DNA of 64,000 nucleotides from contig CABQQR010000002.1 in NCBI GenBank assembly GCA_902466395.1, positions 110,184 to 174,183 of the forward strand. Reading direction: 5' to 3'. This DNA comes from an uncultured Collinsella sp. GTDB taxonomy: Bacteria; Actinomycetota; Coriobacteriia; Coriobacteriales; Coriobacteriaceae. The notes under the pieces are model-generated. The model had not been told where the DNA came from. It saw nothing but the letters and a program-made list of their open reading frames with translations, and did no database searches. Numbering within the stretch: the stretch's first letter is position 1; every line of letters starts with the position of its first letter. The position numbers were made by a program, and so were the translations under genes. Shown piece after piece: positions 1-12,775 of the stretch.

Positions 1-972
1 ACGTGCTCGAGGGTGTCCTCGATCAGGCGGATGTTCACGTCGCCCGGGTTCTTGCCGGCGGTCAGCTCGTAGACGCGCAGGGTGCCCATGATGGCGGGGT
101 GGATCGTGAACTTATCGACGTCGATCTGGGTGAAGACCGTGTCGAGGTGCATGAAGGCGCGCGAGACGGGGATGTCGAAGGCCAGGATGCGCTCGACCTT
201 GGAGTCGGAGTTCCAGAAGATGTTCTGGGCCATGACGTCGATCGCGGCGGCCTGGGTGCGCTGGGAGATGCCGACGGCGAGGGTCTTCTCGTTGATGTTC
301 AGCACGTCGCCGCCCTCGGTGTGGAACTGGCAGTCGCGGCGGAAGTACAGGGAGACGTCCTTGTAGTCGGGGTGGTACTTGAAGACGTACTTGCCGTACA
401 GGGTCTCGCGGTTGCGGGTGACCGAGTACATGCGGTTGAGGTTGACGCCCTCGCCGACGACCGCGAACGGGTCGCGGGTGAAGTAGAGGTTGGGCATCGG
501 GTCGATGATCAGGTCGGACTCGGACTCGGAGTTGACCAGGGAGTCGAGGGTCGTGGACGCCGTGAGGGGCATGTCGATCTCGGCCTTGGTCATGCCGGCC
601 ATGGTCTTCTTGACGAACTCGAGGTTGTCCTCGATGGAGTCCAGCTTCTCGCGGACGATCTGCGGCATGTGCTGGCCGCGGATGCCCGCCTCGGCGATGT
701 ACTGGTCGGTGAACTCGGCGCGGGCGCCGGGGACCTGGTCGAACACCTCTGCGACGAGGTTCTCGAGGTAGAGGACCTCCACGCCCTGGTCCCTCAGGAT
801 CTGGGCGAAGGTGTCGTGCTCCTGCTGCGCGACCTCAAGGAACGGGACGTCGTCGAACAGGAGTCGCTCGAGCTCGTCGGGCGGCAGGTTGAGGAGCTCG
901 TCGCCGGGACGGTGCAGGCAGACCTTCCTGAGCTTGCCGATCTCGGAAGGCACGTGCAGACCTTTCGTCATG
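1..972 (-). CDS. arcA: Arginine deiminase, N-terminal about 324 aa; the C-terminus runs past the window start
   Basis: Minus-strand translation from the ATG at 972..970 reads MTKGLHVPSEIGKLRKVCLHRPGDELLNLPPDELERLLFDDVPFLEVAQQEHD..., which I recognise as arginine deiminase. The 408-aa plus-strand ORF 3..1229 is its antisense shadow (Asp/Val/Gly-rich, low complexity). Confidence 0.9.
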
Positions 973-1521
973 GCCTCCTACCTTTCTTTCGGGCCTCTCG
1001 GCCGAATCTATCAGCGCCCTTCCGTAACGGGCGCTGCTTGCTGACAGCTCTAGTTATATCCAAATTCCACCCGCAATTCCACCTCACCCCCGAACGGTCA
1101 ACAAAGTGCGATGAACGGTATATCGCATGTGATTCCCCCATGATGCACTTCGGCGCTCTAAAGTACCTTTTCAAAGGTAAACGCTCTTTTTCCTATAAAT
1201 TATCCCCCATCGCATCTATAAATCCATGATTCAGAATTGCATAGGTAAAACGGTTTTATGTATATAAATGAAGCTAGCCCACGTTTTGGACCGAATTCAA
1301 TGATATTCAGCTTGCCATCATTCTTATTCACGCATCCTTATCAGTTGAGTGAGAATATAGACCGTTTTTCACAACGCGAAGGGCGTCAGCTCTATGGCTT
1401 GTCAGCGTAAGAAGTAGGTAAAGATACCGTTCACGCGATACGTCCGTGCCATAGGTCGACTAAATTGAGACAATAGTGAATAGTGTTAGGCAACCGTCCC
1501 CCACGGGGACTGAACGGACAG

Positions 1522-3969
1522 ATGCATATGCCGAGCAAAATCGAAAAAAAGCAAGCCGCTGCAAGGCTGCGTAAGCCGCCGCGCGACTTCTCGTACACGC
1601 AGAACCGAGAGCTCAGCTGGCTGCGCTTTGACAACCGTGTGCTTGACGAAGCCTTCGACGAGACCGTTCCGCTGTTCGAGCGGCTAAAGTTCGTGTCGAT
1701 TTTCGAGTCTAACCTCGATGAGTTTCTCATGGTGCGCGTGGGCGGCCTGTCCGATCTGGCAGAGCTCAAAAAACAGCCTGTCGACAACAAGAGCAATATG
1801 ACCGCCTCCGAACAGGTCGATGCTGTCATGGCCGAAATGCCCGGGCTCCTTACCCGATGGGAGTCCATCTTTAAGAGCATCGAGGGCAAGCTCGACACCC
1901 TGGGCGTTCACCGCGCCCGCATCGATTCGCTTACGCCCGAGGAGCGCACCTTTGTAACCCGTTACTTCCAGGCCTACGTGTCGCCGGTCATCTCACCGCT
2001 GGTGATTGACCCGCGCCACCCCTTCCCCAACCTGCGCAACGGCGCACTCTACCTGGCCTGCGGCCTGGACGGCGTCACCGACGAGGAGAGTCTGCTGGGC
2101 CTTATCGAGATTCCCACCTCGATGAACCGCGTGGTCGAGATCCCCTCGCCCACCGGCACCTACTCCTACATCTTGCTCGAGGACGTCATCCTCGCCTGCC
2201 TGGACAGCTGCTTTGGCTCCTATAAGCCGCTCGACCGCGCGCTCATCCGCGTCACCCGCAACGCCGACATCGACCCGGACGGCGAGGGCGTCGAGGAGGA
2301 AGAGGATTACCGTCAGCACATGAAGCGCATCCTCAAGAAACGCTTGCGCCTGCAGCCGGTGGTGCTCGCGGTCTCGGGGTCGCTCGAGAAGGCGACGCTC
2401 AAGACCATCCGCAAGGCGCTCGAGCTTTCTCGCCGCTCGGTCTTTACCTGCGATATCCCGCTCGACCTGGGCTACGTCTTCGGCATTGAGGGCAAGATTC
2501 CCGAGCATCTACGCAACGAGCTGCTCTTTACGCCGTTTAAGCCGCAGCCCAACCCCACCATCGACATGTCCCGTTCCATCCGCGAGCAGGTGCTGCAGCA
2601 CGACAAGCTGCTCTTTTACCCTTACGAGGCCATGAATCCGTTCTTGGACCTGGTGCACGAAGCAGCCTACGACCCCGAGTGCATCTCGCTGCGCATCACG
2701 CTCTACCGCGTGGCCAAGCAGAGCCGCCTGTGCGAGTCGCTGATCGATGCCGCCGAGAACGGCAAAGAGGTCACGGTGCTCATGGAGCTCCGCGCGCGCT
2801 TTGACGAGCAGAACAACATCGAGTGGGCCGAGCGCCTGGAAGAGGCCGGCTGCACCGTCATCTACGGCTCCGAGGGCTTTAAGTGCCACTCCAAGATCTG
2901 CCAGCTCACCTATCGCGAGGGCATGGCGCTAACGCGCCTAACGCTGCTGGGCACCGGCAACTTTAACGAGAAGACGGCCAAACTCTACAGCGACTTTATG
3001 CTCATGACCGCCCACCCCGGTATCGGCGAGGACGCCAACCTGTTCTTCCGCAACCTGTCGCTGGGCAATCTGCGCGGCGATTACCGCTTCCTGGGCGTGG
3101 CGCCGGTCGGTCTCAAGCCGCTCATCATGCGCGGCCTGGACCGCGAGATCCAGCGCGCCCTCGCTGGCGAGCCCGCCCGCGTGTTCTTTAAGCTCAACTC
3201 GCTCACCGACCGCGAGGTCATCGACAAGATCGCCGAGGCATCGTGCGCAGGAGTCCGCGTGGACATGATCATCCGCGGCATCTCGTGCCTCAAGCCGGGA
3301 GTTCCTGGCAAGACCGAGAACGTGCATGTCCGTTCTATCGTCGGACGCTTTTTGGAGCATGCCCGTGTTTACGCTTTCGGCGTGGACTCGGACATGATTT
3401 ACCTGAGCTCGGCCGACATGATGACGCGCAACACCGAGCACCGCGTGGAGATCGCCTTCCCCGTGCTCGACCCCACCTGCCGCGCCCTGGTGCACGAGTA
3501 CATGGGTATGCAGCTGCGCGACAACGTGAAGGCACGTAGCCTGACGAGCGACGGCACCTGGGTTCCCGTAGAGCGAAAAGAGGGTGAGAAGCCCTTTAAC
3601 TCGCAGGAGTTCCTGTTGGAGCGCGCTTATCGCAACGCCGAGTCCGCAGCCGTGGCTTCGGAGCCCGTCGCCAAAGTAAAACCGGAATCCGCACCTGTTC
3701 TGGGCCCCAAGCCCGAGCCACAGCCGGCAGCCTCTAAGGTACAGAAGGTCCAGGCGACCGTCATCGAGCCCGACCTGGAGCCCGAGCCCGAGCCTGCACC
3801 CCAGCCTCAGCCGCAGACCGCCAAGCCCGCGCCCCAGGCAAGCGCCCGCCGCGAGAAACCCGCCGGCAAGACCAAAGCCATCGAGCGCCATCGCCCCGGT
3901 CGCGTGCGCATGGGCTTGGGCCTAATCGGCCTAGGACTCAAGACGCTCATTACCGGCAAGACGAAATAG
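1522..3969 (+). CDS. ppk: Polyphosphate kinase 1 with a roughly 115-aa Pro/Glu/Gln-rich C-terminal extension
   Basis: PPK1 N-terminal hallmark MPSKIEKK...FSYTQNRELSWLRFDNRVLDEA...ERLKFVSIFESNLDEFLMVRVGGL, with full-length PPK architecture. The start is placed at the ATG at 1522 (MHMPSK); 1483 and 1528 are alternatives. Confidence 0.9.
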   Translation: MHMPSKIEKKQAAARLRKPPRDFSYTQNRELSWLRFDNRVLDEAFDETVPLFERLKFVSIFESNLDEFLMVRVGGLSDLAELKKQPVDNKSNMTASEQVDAVMAEMPGLLTRWESIFKSIEGKLDTLGVHRARIDSLTPEERTFVTRYFQAYVSPVISPLVIDPRHPFPNLRNGALYLACGLDGVTDEESLLGLIEIPTSMNRVVEIPSPTGTYSYILLEDVILACLDSCFGSYKPLDRALIRVTRNADIDPDGEGVEEEEDYRQHMKRILKKRLRLQPVVLAVSGSLEKATLKTIRKALELSRRSVFTCDIPLDLGYVFGIEGKIPEHLRNELLFTPFKPQPNPTIDMSRSIREQVLQHDKLLFYPYEAMNPFLDLVHEAAYDPECISLRITLYRVAKQSRLCESLIDAAENGKEVTVLMELRARFDEQNNIEWAERLEEAGCTVIYGSEGFKCHSKICQLTYREGMALTRLTLLGTGNFNEKTAKLYSDFMLMTAHPGIGEDANLFFRNLSLGNLRGDYRFLGVAPVGLKPLIMRGLDREIQRALAGEPARVFFKLNSLTDREVIDKIAEASCAGVRVDMIIRGISCLKPGVPGKTENVHVRSIVGRFLEHARVYAFGVDSDMIYLSSADMMTRNTEHRVEIAFPVLDPTCRALVHEYMGMQLRDNVKARSLTSDGTWVPVERKEGEKPFNSQEFLLERAYRNAESAAVASEPVAKVKPESAPVLGPKPEPQPAASKVQKVQATVIEPDLEPEPEPAPQPQPQTAKPAPQASARREKPAGKTKAIERHRPGRVRMGLGLIGLGLKTLITGKTK

Positions 3970-4069
3970 ACGTTTGTAGAAGCGCCCCGTATTTGAGGAA
4001 TGCCTCAGGTACGGGCGCTTTTCCCTGCTACCATGGATGCGGACAACAATGCGAATGACAGGCAGGAAT

Positions 4070-5383
4070 ATGAAGCTCACCATAGAATCGATGACGTATG
4101 GCGCCGATAGTCTGGCGCACGCCGACAACGGCAAGGCCGTATTTGTGCAGGGCGCCGTGGCGGGCGATACCGTCGAGGCCGAAATCGTGCAGGACGGCAA
4201 GTCGTTTATGCGCGCCCGCACCACCGAGATTCTTGAGCCGAGCTCCGATCGAATTCAGCCTCCCTGCCCCTTCGTGGGCGTCTGCGGTGGCTGCTCGTGG
4301 GGCAATCTCTCGCGCACCGCTCAGCTTGCCGCCAAGGAGCAAAACCTGCGCTCCACGCTCGAGCGCATCGGCAAGTTCACCCCTGAGCAAGTCGACGAGC
4401 TGGTGCAGCCCATCCGCCACACCAAGGACGATTGGGGCTACCGCAATAAAATTGAGCTCGAACCGACCGTTGTAAACGGCCGCGTGCGTCTTGGCATGCA
4501 CGGCGTCGATCCCAGCAAGATCGTGACCGTCGATTCGTGCCCGCTGTTCGATAAGCGTTTTCCCAAGGCGCTCAAATCGGTCGTCGGCGCGCTTAACTAT
4601 CTGAGCGGCAGCCACGACCTGGGCTTGGAGCGCGTGGGCATTCGCGCCTCGCGTCGCACCAAAGCGCTCGAGGTCGCGCTCTGGACGCCCACGGGGTCGT
4701 TTCCGCGCTCGCAAGTCTCGCGCGTGCTGGCAGACGCCGCACACCCCACGAGCATAGTGCGCGTTATGAGCAAGGGTGAGAAGAAGGCCCGCCGCGTCTC
4801 CAAGGTTGAGATGCTCGCCGGCGAGGGCTCCTGGACCGAGAACATCGCCGACGGCCAGATGCGCCTTTCGGCCCCGTCGTTTTTCCAGGTCGACACAAAG
4901 GGTGCCGAGATTTTGATCGAGCTTGTCATGGAGGCGCTCGACCCGCAGGAAGACGAACTTGCCGTGGACCTGTATTGCGGAGCTGGAACCTTCACCCTGC
5001 CGCTCGCCCGCCGCTGCGACTTTGTTGCCGCCGTCGAGGCCTACGGCCCGGCCGTGCGCGACCTGCGCCGTAACCTAGAGATCAACAAACTCGATAACGT
5101 CGACGTCATCGGCGGCGACGCGGTGCGCGAGTTCCCCGATCAGGACGCCGATGTCCTGGTAGTCGATCCGCCGCGCGCAGGTCTGGCGCCCGAGGCTATC
5201 GACCTCATCGCCAGCACGAGCGCTCGCGATGTCGCCTATGTGAGCTGCGACCCCGCCACCCTGGCACGCGACCTTAAGCGCTTTGTCGAGGAAGGTACCT
5301 TCTCCCCCGTCAAGATCACGCCGGTCGATCTGTTCCCGCAAACCTTCCACTGCGAAACCGTCGTCCACCTCAAGCGCAACTAG
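4070..5383 (+). CDS. rlmD: TRAM-domain 23S rRNA (uracil-C5)-methyltransferase, RlmD/RumA family
   Basis: N-terminal TRAM-like segment (KLTIESMTYGADSLAHADNGKAVFVQGAVAGDTVEAEIV), a 4-Cys cluster (CPFVGVCGGCSW) and a C-terminal SAM methyltransferase fold (DLYCGAGTFTLPLA...VDPPRAG). A GGCAGGAA RBS sits before the ATG at 4070. Confidence 0.8.
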   Translation: MKLTIESMTYGADSLAHADNGKAVFVQGAVAGDTVEAEIVQDGKSFMRARTTEILEPSSDRIQPPCPFVGVCGGCSWGNLSRTAQLAAKEQNLRSTLERIGKFTPEQVDELVQPIRHTKDDWGYRNKIELEPTVVNGRVRLGMHGVDPSKIVTVDSCPLFDKRFPKALKSVVGALNYLSGSHDLGLERVGIRASRRTKALEVALWTPTGSFPRSQVSRVLADAAHPTSIVRVMSKGEKKARRVSKVEMLAGEGSWTENIADGQMRLSAPSFFQVDTKGAEILIELVMEALDPQEDELAVDLYCGAGTFTLPLARRCDFVAAVEAYGPAVRDLRRNLEINKLDNVDVIGGDAVREFPDQDADVLVVDPPRAGLAPEAIDLIASTSARDVAYVSCDPATLARDLKRFVEEGTFSPVKITPVDLFPQTFHCETVVHLKRN

Positions 5384-5689
5384 ACTGTTTGCCCCAGACC
5401 ACGCCCGATGTTTTTTCTGGCACGGGGATAAAAATAGATTTGCTCCGAATGATTATTTAATCCCCGTCCCGAAATTGAACCGCCCCTCATTTCTTGAACA
5501 TTAGAAATGGGGGCTTCTTTATGGACGGGAGAGTCAGGCACGACGCCACGCTGAGGACTCTTGCAGCAGAGCTTTGCGACAGGGGGTGCGGGCGCGCCGA
5601 AGGCCAGCGGGAGGCCGAAGGGTGCCCGGACCCGGCCGGGGCCGGCGGCGTGCGAGGGCAAGCTCATGCGACGGAGCTGCTGCCCGGGC

Positions 5690-5850
5690 GCCTGAAGGAC
5701 GAATTCTACAGGAGCCGGACGTGGCGGAGCTTCGAGGAGTTCAAGCGGGACCTCGAAGCCTATACCGTTCACTGGAACAAGAGGAGGCGGGTTAAGCAAA
5801 AGGGACTGACCCCGGAGGAGTTCCGAAATCAGTCCCCATGTGCGGCATAG
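5690..5850 (+). pseudogene. Remnant of an IS3-family (integrase-core) transposase C-terminus
   Basis: Frame +1 encodes ...LKDEFYRSRTWRSFEEFKRDLEAYTVHWNKRRRVKQKGLTPEEFRNQ, the pattern typical of IS3-type OrfB C-termini. There is no intact upstream transposase domain or start. Local GC is very high (about 68%). Confidence 0.45.
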
Positions 5851-6025
5851 GCCGCTAATTGACCCGTCCAAGTATCGGGGCGCAGTTCATTTCAGCGCCG
5901 CCCGAGAAAGCTAAACGCCTTCTGGCAGGTTGTCCCGGGCCGAGGGCGGCCACCTTGATCGCCCTCGGCCCTCACCCACCTCAACTGCCCCTCAATTACA
6001 TAGAGCTGATTGAGGAGGGCGCAGG

Positions 6026-7474
6026 CTAGCGGGTGCCTTCCTCATCGTCGTTGGGCCGGTAGGTGATGAACTCGATAACAAAGGCCAGGACGGCAGAGAC
6101 GAGCGAGGCGATGATCGCGAAGATCATGTGGGAGATCCCGGCGCCACCAGGGGTCCCGTCGATAAAGTTGAGCAGGTTGAAGACGCCGAGGCCGCCCGAG
6201 ATGTACATGAGAGCGCCAGTCATTCCCACGATGGCGCCGCCCACGGCGGAGCTCAGGCATGCCACGACGAACGCGCGCTTGTTGGGGAGGGCGATGCCGT
6301 AGATGCCCGGCTCGGTGACGCCGAAGAAGAAGGCGGAGATCATCGCGGGAAGGGCGATGCCGCGGAAGCGCTCGTCCTTGTTTCTGAGGTACATGGCAAA
6401 GATGACCGCTCCGAGCGCGAACCCGTGGCCGATGGTGGCGGCGAGCACGCTGTCGTGGCCGAGGGTGTTCAGATTCATGATGGAGATGGGGATGAGGCTC
6501 CAGTGGAAGCCAAAGATGACGAGGCACATCCACAGTCCGCCAACCAGGGCGCTGCCCAGGACGGAACCAACCACGGGGAGCTGGAAGATGAACGAGAATG
6601 CCGCGCTCAGCAGGTTGGTGATGAGGGTGGCCACCGGGCCGATGATGAGGTAGCCCAAGACGATGGAGACCGTCATCGTGGCGAGCGGGACAAGGAACAT
6701 CTTGAGCGCAGCCGGCATCCAGCTCTTGAGCCAGCGCTCAAGGATAGAGCCGAACCACACCATGAGAAGGACGGGGATCACCGAGCTCACGTAGCCGGAC
6801 ACGGGCATGATGATGGGGAGCCCGAGGGCGGTGGCGTACCACGAGAACGTGCCGGCCACGCCGAGGTCGATGCTGCCGAGCGCCTCGCCCGAGGTCAGGG
6901 CGACCATCGTCGGGTAGAGAAGCGCCACGCCGATTGCCACGCCGGTGAACTCGTTCATGCGGAACTTGCGCGCGGCACTGAACGCCAGGGCGACGGGAAG
7001 GAAGTAGAAGAAGCCGTCAGCCACGGTGTAGAGCAGCGGGTAGAGGCCGTCGTTTGCAAAGGCCGGGACGAAGTAGGTGATGAGGGCAAGCAGTCCCTTC
7101 ATGATGCCTGCGGCGGCAAGCGGTCCCAGGATGGGCTGGAAGATGCCAGAGATGAGGTCGATGACGACGGAGGCAACGGTCTTATCGCCCTGGGGCTCGT
7201 CGTCGGCGCTTGCGCCGCCCGAGAAGTTGCCGGCCTCCAGGACCGCGTCGTAGACGTCCTCGACGATGTTACCCACGACCACCTGGTACTGGCCGTTGGC
7301 CTGGATGACCTGGATGACGCCCTTGAGGGCCTCGATCTTGGCAGTGTTGGCGCGGGACTCGTCCTTGAGTTTGAAGCGCACGCGCGTGATGCAGTGCGCG
7401 ACGCTGGCGACGTTCTCTGTGCCGCCTACGTTCTCGAGTATGGATCTGGCCAGATCGTCGTATTTTTCAGCCAT
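6026..7474 (-). CDS. PTS beta-glucoside/glucose-family transporter subunit EIIBC
   Basis: N-terminal EIIB domain with the phospho-Cys motif VASVAHCITRVRFKL, followed by a large polytopic EIIC domain. It lies directly downstream of, and co-oriented with, the GH1 phospho-beta-glucosidase gene. Confidence 0.85.
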   Translation of the reverse strand: MAEKYDDLARSILENVGGTENVASVAHCITRVRFKLKDESRANTAKIEALKGVIQVIQANGQYQVVVGNIVEDVYDAVLEAGNFSGGASADDEPQGDKTVASVVIDLISGIFQPILGPLAAAGIMKGLLALITYFVPAFANDGLYPLLYTVADGFFYFLPVALAFSAARKFRMNEFTGVAIGVALLYPTMVALTSGEALGSIDLGVAGTFSWYATALGLPIIMPVSGYVSSVIPVLLMVWFGSILERWLKSWMPAALKMFLVPLATMTVSIVLGYLIIGPVATLITNLLSAAFSFIFQLPVVGSVLGSALVGGLWMCLVIFGFHWSLIPISIMNLNTLGHDSVLAATIGHGFALGAVIFAMYLRNKDERFRGIALPAMISAFFFGVTEPGIYGIALPNKRAFVVACLSSAVGGAIVGMTGALMYISGGLGVFNLLNFIDGTPGGAGISHMIFAIIASLVSAVLAFVIEFITYRPNDDEEGTR

Positions 7475-7505
7475 TATTTTCTCCTTAGTGATATTGCCCG
7501 GGCGG

Positions 7506-10202
<2,697 letters not shown>

Positions 10203-10539
10203 CTAGCGCCCAGAAAAGTCCACGCGTTTTTAGACTGGGACAAAGTACTACAACAGGTGAGATTCCGTCAAGAAAAAAACCGAGGAAAAAAGTGAGCCTC
10301 TGCCCGCCGTACCTGTGGCGGTCGTTCCCCGAACGGGGCGGTGCTGTTGGGGACTGTCTCGATCTGTAACAGTTGGGGCTAGTTTTGGTCGATGGATGTT
10401 ACAGATTGAGATTGTTGAGGATGGGTGGGGTAGCTAATTCGGACGGGGCTATTTTAAACATTGGGAAATCGAGCGTGGCAAGCGGAGGTCTTCGGGGTAT
10501 AAGACGGCTAATTGTATGCCGCCCATGAAAGGAGCCCTC

Positions 10540-11082
10540 ATGCCCAGCGTTGCCGTTCTCGCCGCCGATGGCTTTGAAACTATTGAATGCTTGACCATGG
10601 TCGATGTCATGCGTCGCGGCGGCGTGCGTGCCACGCTCGTCTCGATCATGCCCACGCGTGAGGTCGTAAGCTCGCTGCAGATCCCCGTGACCTGCGATGC
10701 GCTCTTTGATGAGATCAACTTTGACGAGTACGACTGCGTCGTGCTGCCCGGCGGCCTGCCCGGTGCCACCAACCTGCGCGCCGATCAGCGCGTCTGCGAC
10801 GTGGTCTGCGAGTTCGCCGCGACCAAGCACGTTGCCGCCATCTGCGCCGCCCCGTTTATCCTGGGCGAGCTCGACCTACTCGAGGGGCGCCAGGCCACGT
10901 GCTTCCCTGGCTTTGAGAAAAGCTTCCCCGAAGGCGCCTATACCGGCGAGAAGGTTACGCAAGACGGCAACATCATCACCGCCAGCGGCATGGCCCAGTC
11001 GCTCCCCTTTGCGCTTGAGCTGCTGCGCACACTCGCCGGCGACAAGGCCGTCGAGAAGGTCGCCGAGGGCATTCAGCTATGA
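10540..11082 (+). CDS. DJ-1/PfpI (ThiJ) family protein
   Basis: MPSVAVLAADGFETIECLTMVDVMRRGG...CVVLPGG...AAICAAP is the DJ-1 fold with the nucleophile elbow Cys. AAAGGAG RBS. The stop overlaps the maf start (ATGA). Confidence 0.8.
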   Translation: MPSVAVLAADGFETIECLTMVDVMRRGGVRATLVSIMPTREVVSSLQIPVTCDALFDEINFDEYDCVVLPGGLPGATNLRADQRVCDVVCEFAATKHVAAICAAPFILGELDLLEGRQATCFPGFEKSFPEGAYTGEKVTQDGNIITASGMAQSLPFALELLRTLAGDKAVEKVAEGIQL

Positions 11083-11660
11083 TTTTGGCTTCGCAATCAC
11101 CGCGCCGCATCGAGTTGATGCGCGAGGCGGGCTATGACATTCACGTGATTCCCGCAGATATCGACGAAACGCCTTTTGATGGCGAGGCCCCGCTTACGCT
11201 CGTTGAACGCTTAGCACGCGCCAAAGCCGCCTCCGTTGCCGCCGAGCATGCCGAGCCCAACGAACTGACCGTCGCGGCCGATACTATTGTCACCTTCGAT
11301 GGCAAGATTCTGGGCAAGCCGGCAACCGAGGACGAGGCGCGCACCATGCTCCGCGAGCTTTCGGGCCGCACGCACCAGGTCGCAACCGGCGTCTGCATCG
11401 TTAAGGCAGGCGACACGGCCGCTCCGCATGCCGCCGAGAGCCTGTCGTTTGTCGATGTGACCGACGTGACGTTCTATGAGCTCACCGACGAGCAGATTGA
11501 GCGCTACGTCGCCTCGGGCGAGCCCATGGACAAAGCCGGCGCCTACGGCATCCAGGGCACAGGCGGGCGCATGCTCGTGCATGATATTTCGGGCGACTTC
11601 TACAACGTGGTGGGCCTGCCCATCGCTCGCGTCGCGCGTGCGATTCAAAAACTATCGTAA
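11079..11660 (+). CDS. maf: Maf-like nucleoside triphosphate pyrophosphatase
   Basis: MILASQSPRRIELMREAGYDIHVIPADIDETP...YGIQG...VVGLP gives full-length Maf family identity. Confidence 0.85.
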   Translation: MILASQSPRRIELMREAGYDIHVIPADIDETPFDGEAPLTLVERLARAKAASVAAEHAEPNELTVAADTIVTFDGKILGKPATEDEARTMLRELSGRTHQVATGVCIVKAGDTAAPHAAESLSFVDVTDVTFYELTDEQIERYVASGEPMDKAGAYGIQGTGGRMLVHDISGDFYNVVGLPIARVARAIQKLS

Positions 11661-11761
11661 TTGCATCTGGCGCTGGGTATCCCCCAGCGCCTACAATTTC
11701 GGCGTACCGTACGGATCCCGACCGGGCATAAGGCCCGGCGGAAAACCGATAGGAGTAAAAC

Positions 11762-12763
11762 ATGGATACACTGCTTGAGGCCATTGACGTTTGCGATGTC
11801 GATGGCTTTTGCTTTGGCAACTACACGGACGAGGAGGCCGGCACCGGTTGCACCGTAATCGTGGCACCCGAGGGCGCCACCGGCGGCGTTGACGTTCGCG
11901 GCGGTGCCCCGGCATCGCGCGAAACCGACCTGCTGCGTCCCGAGAACACCGTCGACAAGGTCCACGCCGTCTGCCTTTCGGGCGGATCGGCCTTTGGCCT
12001 GGAGGCCGCAAGCGGCGTCGCTCGCGAGCTTGAGAGCCGCGGCATCGGCCTTCCCGTCGGCCCCACGCAGGTGCCTATCGTGTGCTCCAGCTGCATCTTC
12101 GACCTCGCCTTTGGCGACCCCGCCGTACGCCCCGACATTGAGGCTGGCATCTCCGCCGTGCGCGAGGCGCTCGACAACACCCCCACCACGCTCGAGCAGG
12201 GCAATGTAGGTGCCGGCACCGGTGCCACCGTGGGCAAGCTCATGGGCCCCGCCACCTGCATGAAGGCCGGCCTAGGCGCTGCCGCCGTGGCACTCGGCCC
12301 TGTTAAGGTGGGTGCCGTGGTCTCGGTCAACGCCTGCGGCAATGTCGTCGACCCCTTCACCGGCGAATGGGTCGCTGGTATGCGCGCCGCAGCAGATAGC
12401 GACCAGATCGTCGACATGGAGCTCGCAGCCTTTGCCGCCGCCGGATCCATGCAGATGCCGCTCGACCGCACCAACACCACCATCAGCTGCATCGTCACCA
12501 ACGTGGAACTCACTAAGGCACAAGCCACCAAGGTCTCCCAGATGGCCGCAGACGCCTACGCACACGCCATCCGTCCCACGCACACCACCAACGACGGCGA
12601 CACCATCTACACCCTCGCCAGCGGCAAACTGGGCGCCCAGGCAAGCGCCGCCGTTCCCCTAGACCTGCTGGGCATGCTCGCCGTAAGGGCCCTACAGACC
12701 GCCATCGTAAACGGAGCCAAAAACGCCAAAACCTCCCACGGCATACCCGGCGCCGCAAAGTAA
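11762..12763 (+). CDS. P1/S58 family peptidase (DmpA/L-aminopeptidase-like)
   Basis: GTGCTVIVAPEGATGGVDVRGGAPASRETDLLRPEN...HAVCLSGGSAFGLEAASGV shows DmpA/ArgJ-like fold motifs, including a self-processing Gly-Ser/Thr region. Confidence 0.75.
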   Translation: MDTLLEAIDVCDVDGFCFGNYTDEEAGTGCTVIVAPEGATGGVDVRGGAPASRETDLLRPENTVDKVHAVCLSGGSAFGLEAASGVARELESRGIGLPVGPTQVPIVCSSCIFDLAFGDPAVRPDIEAGISAVREALDNTPTTLEQGNVGAGTGATVGKLMGPATCMKAGLGAAAVALGPVKVGAVVSVNACGNVVDPFTGEWVAGMRAAADSDQIVDMELAAFAAAGSMQMPLDRTNTTISCIVTNVELTKAQATKVSQMAADAYAHAIRPTHTTNDGDTIYTLASGKLGAQASAAVPLDLLGMLAVRALQTAIVNGAKNAKTSHGIPGAAK

Positions 12764-12775
12764 ACTAGCTCGTCC

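Noticed and set aside
3-1229. 408-aa plus-strand ORF rich in Asp/Val/Gly/Leu
   Set aside because: It is the antisense shadow of arcA. The minus-strand frame gives a textbook arginine deiminase sequence, whereas this frame is low-complexity GC-skew readthrough.
1000-1480. Possible Crp/ArcR or ArgR operator in the AT-rich arcA-ppk divergent promoter region
   Set aside because: I looked for TGTGA-N6-TCACA and ARG-box-like palindromes. Only weak partial matches (for example tgtgattcccccatga) turned up, not enough to call a site.
5380-5871. 163-aa minus-strand ORF opposite the transposase remnant
   Set aside because: Pro/Gly/Arg-rich with no start context. It is probably non-coding; the plus-strand frame carries the recognisable IS3 C-terminal motif.
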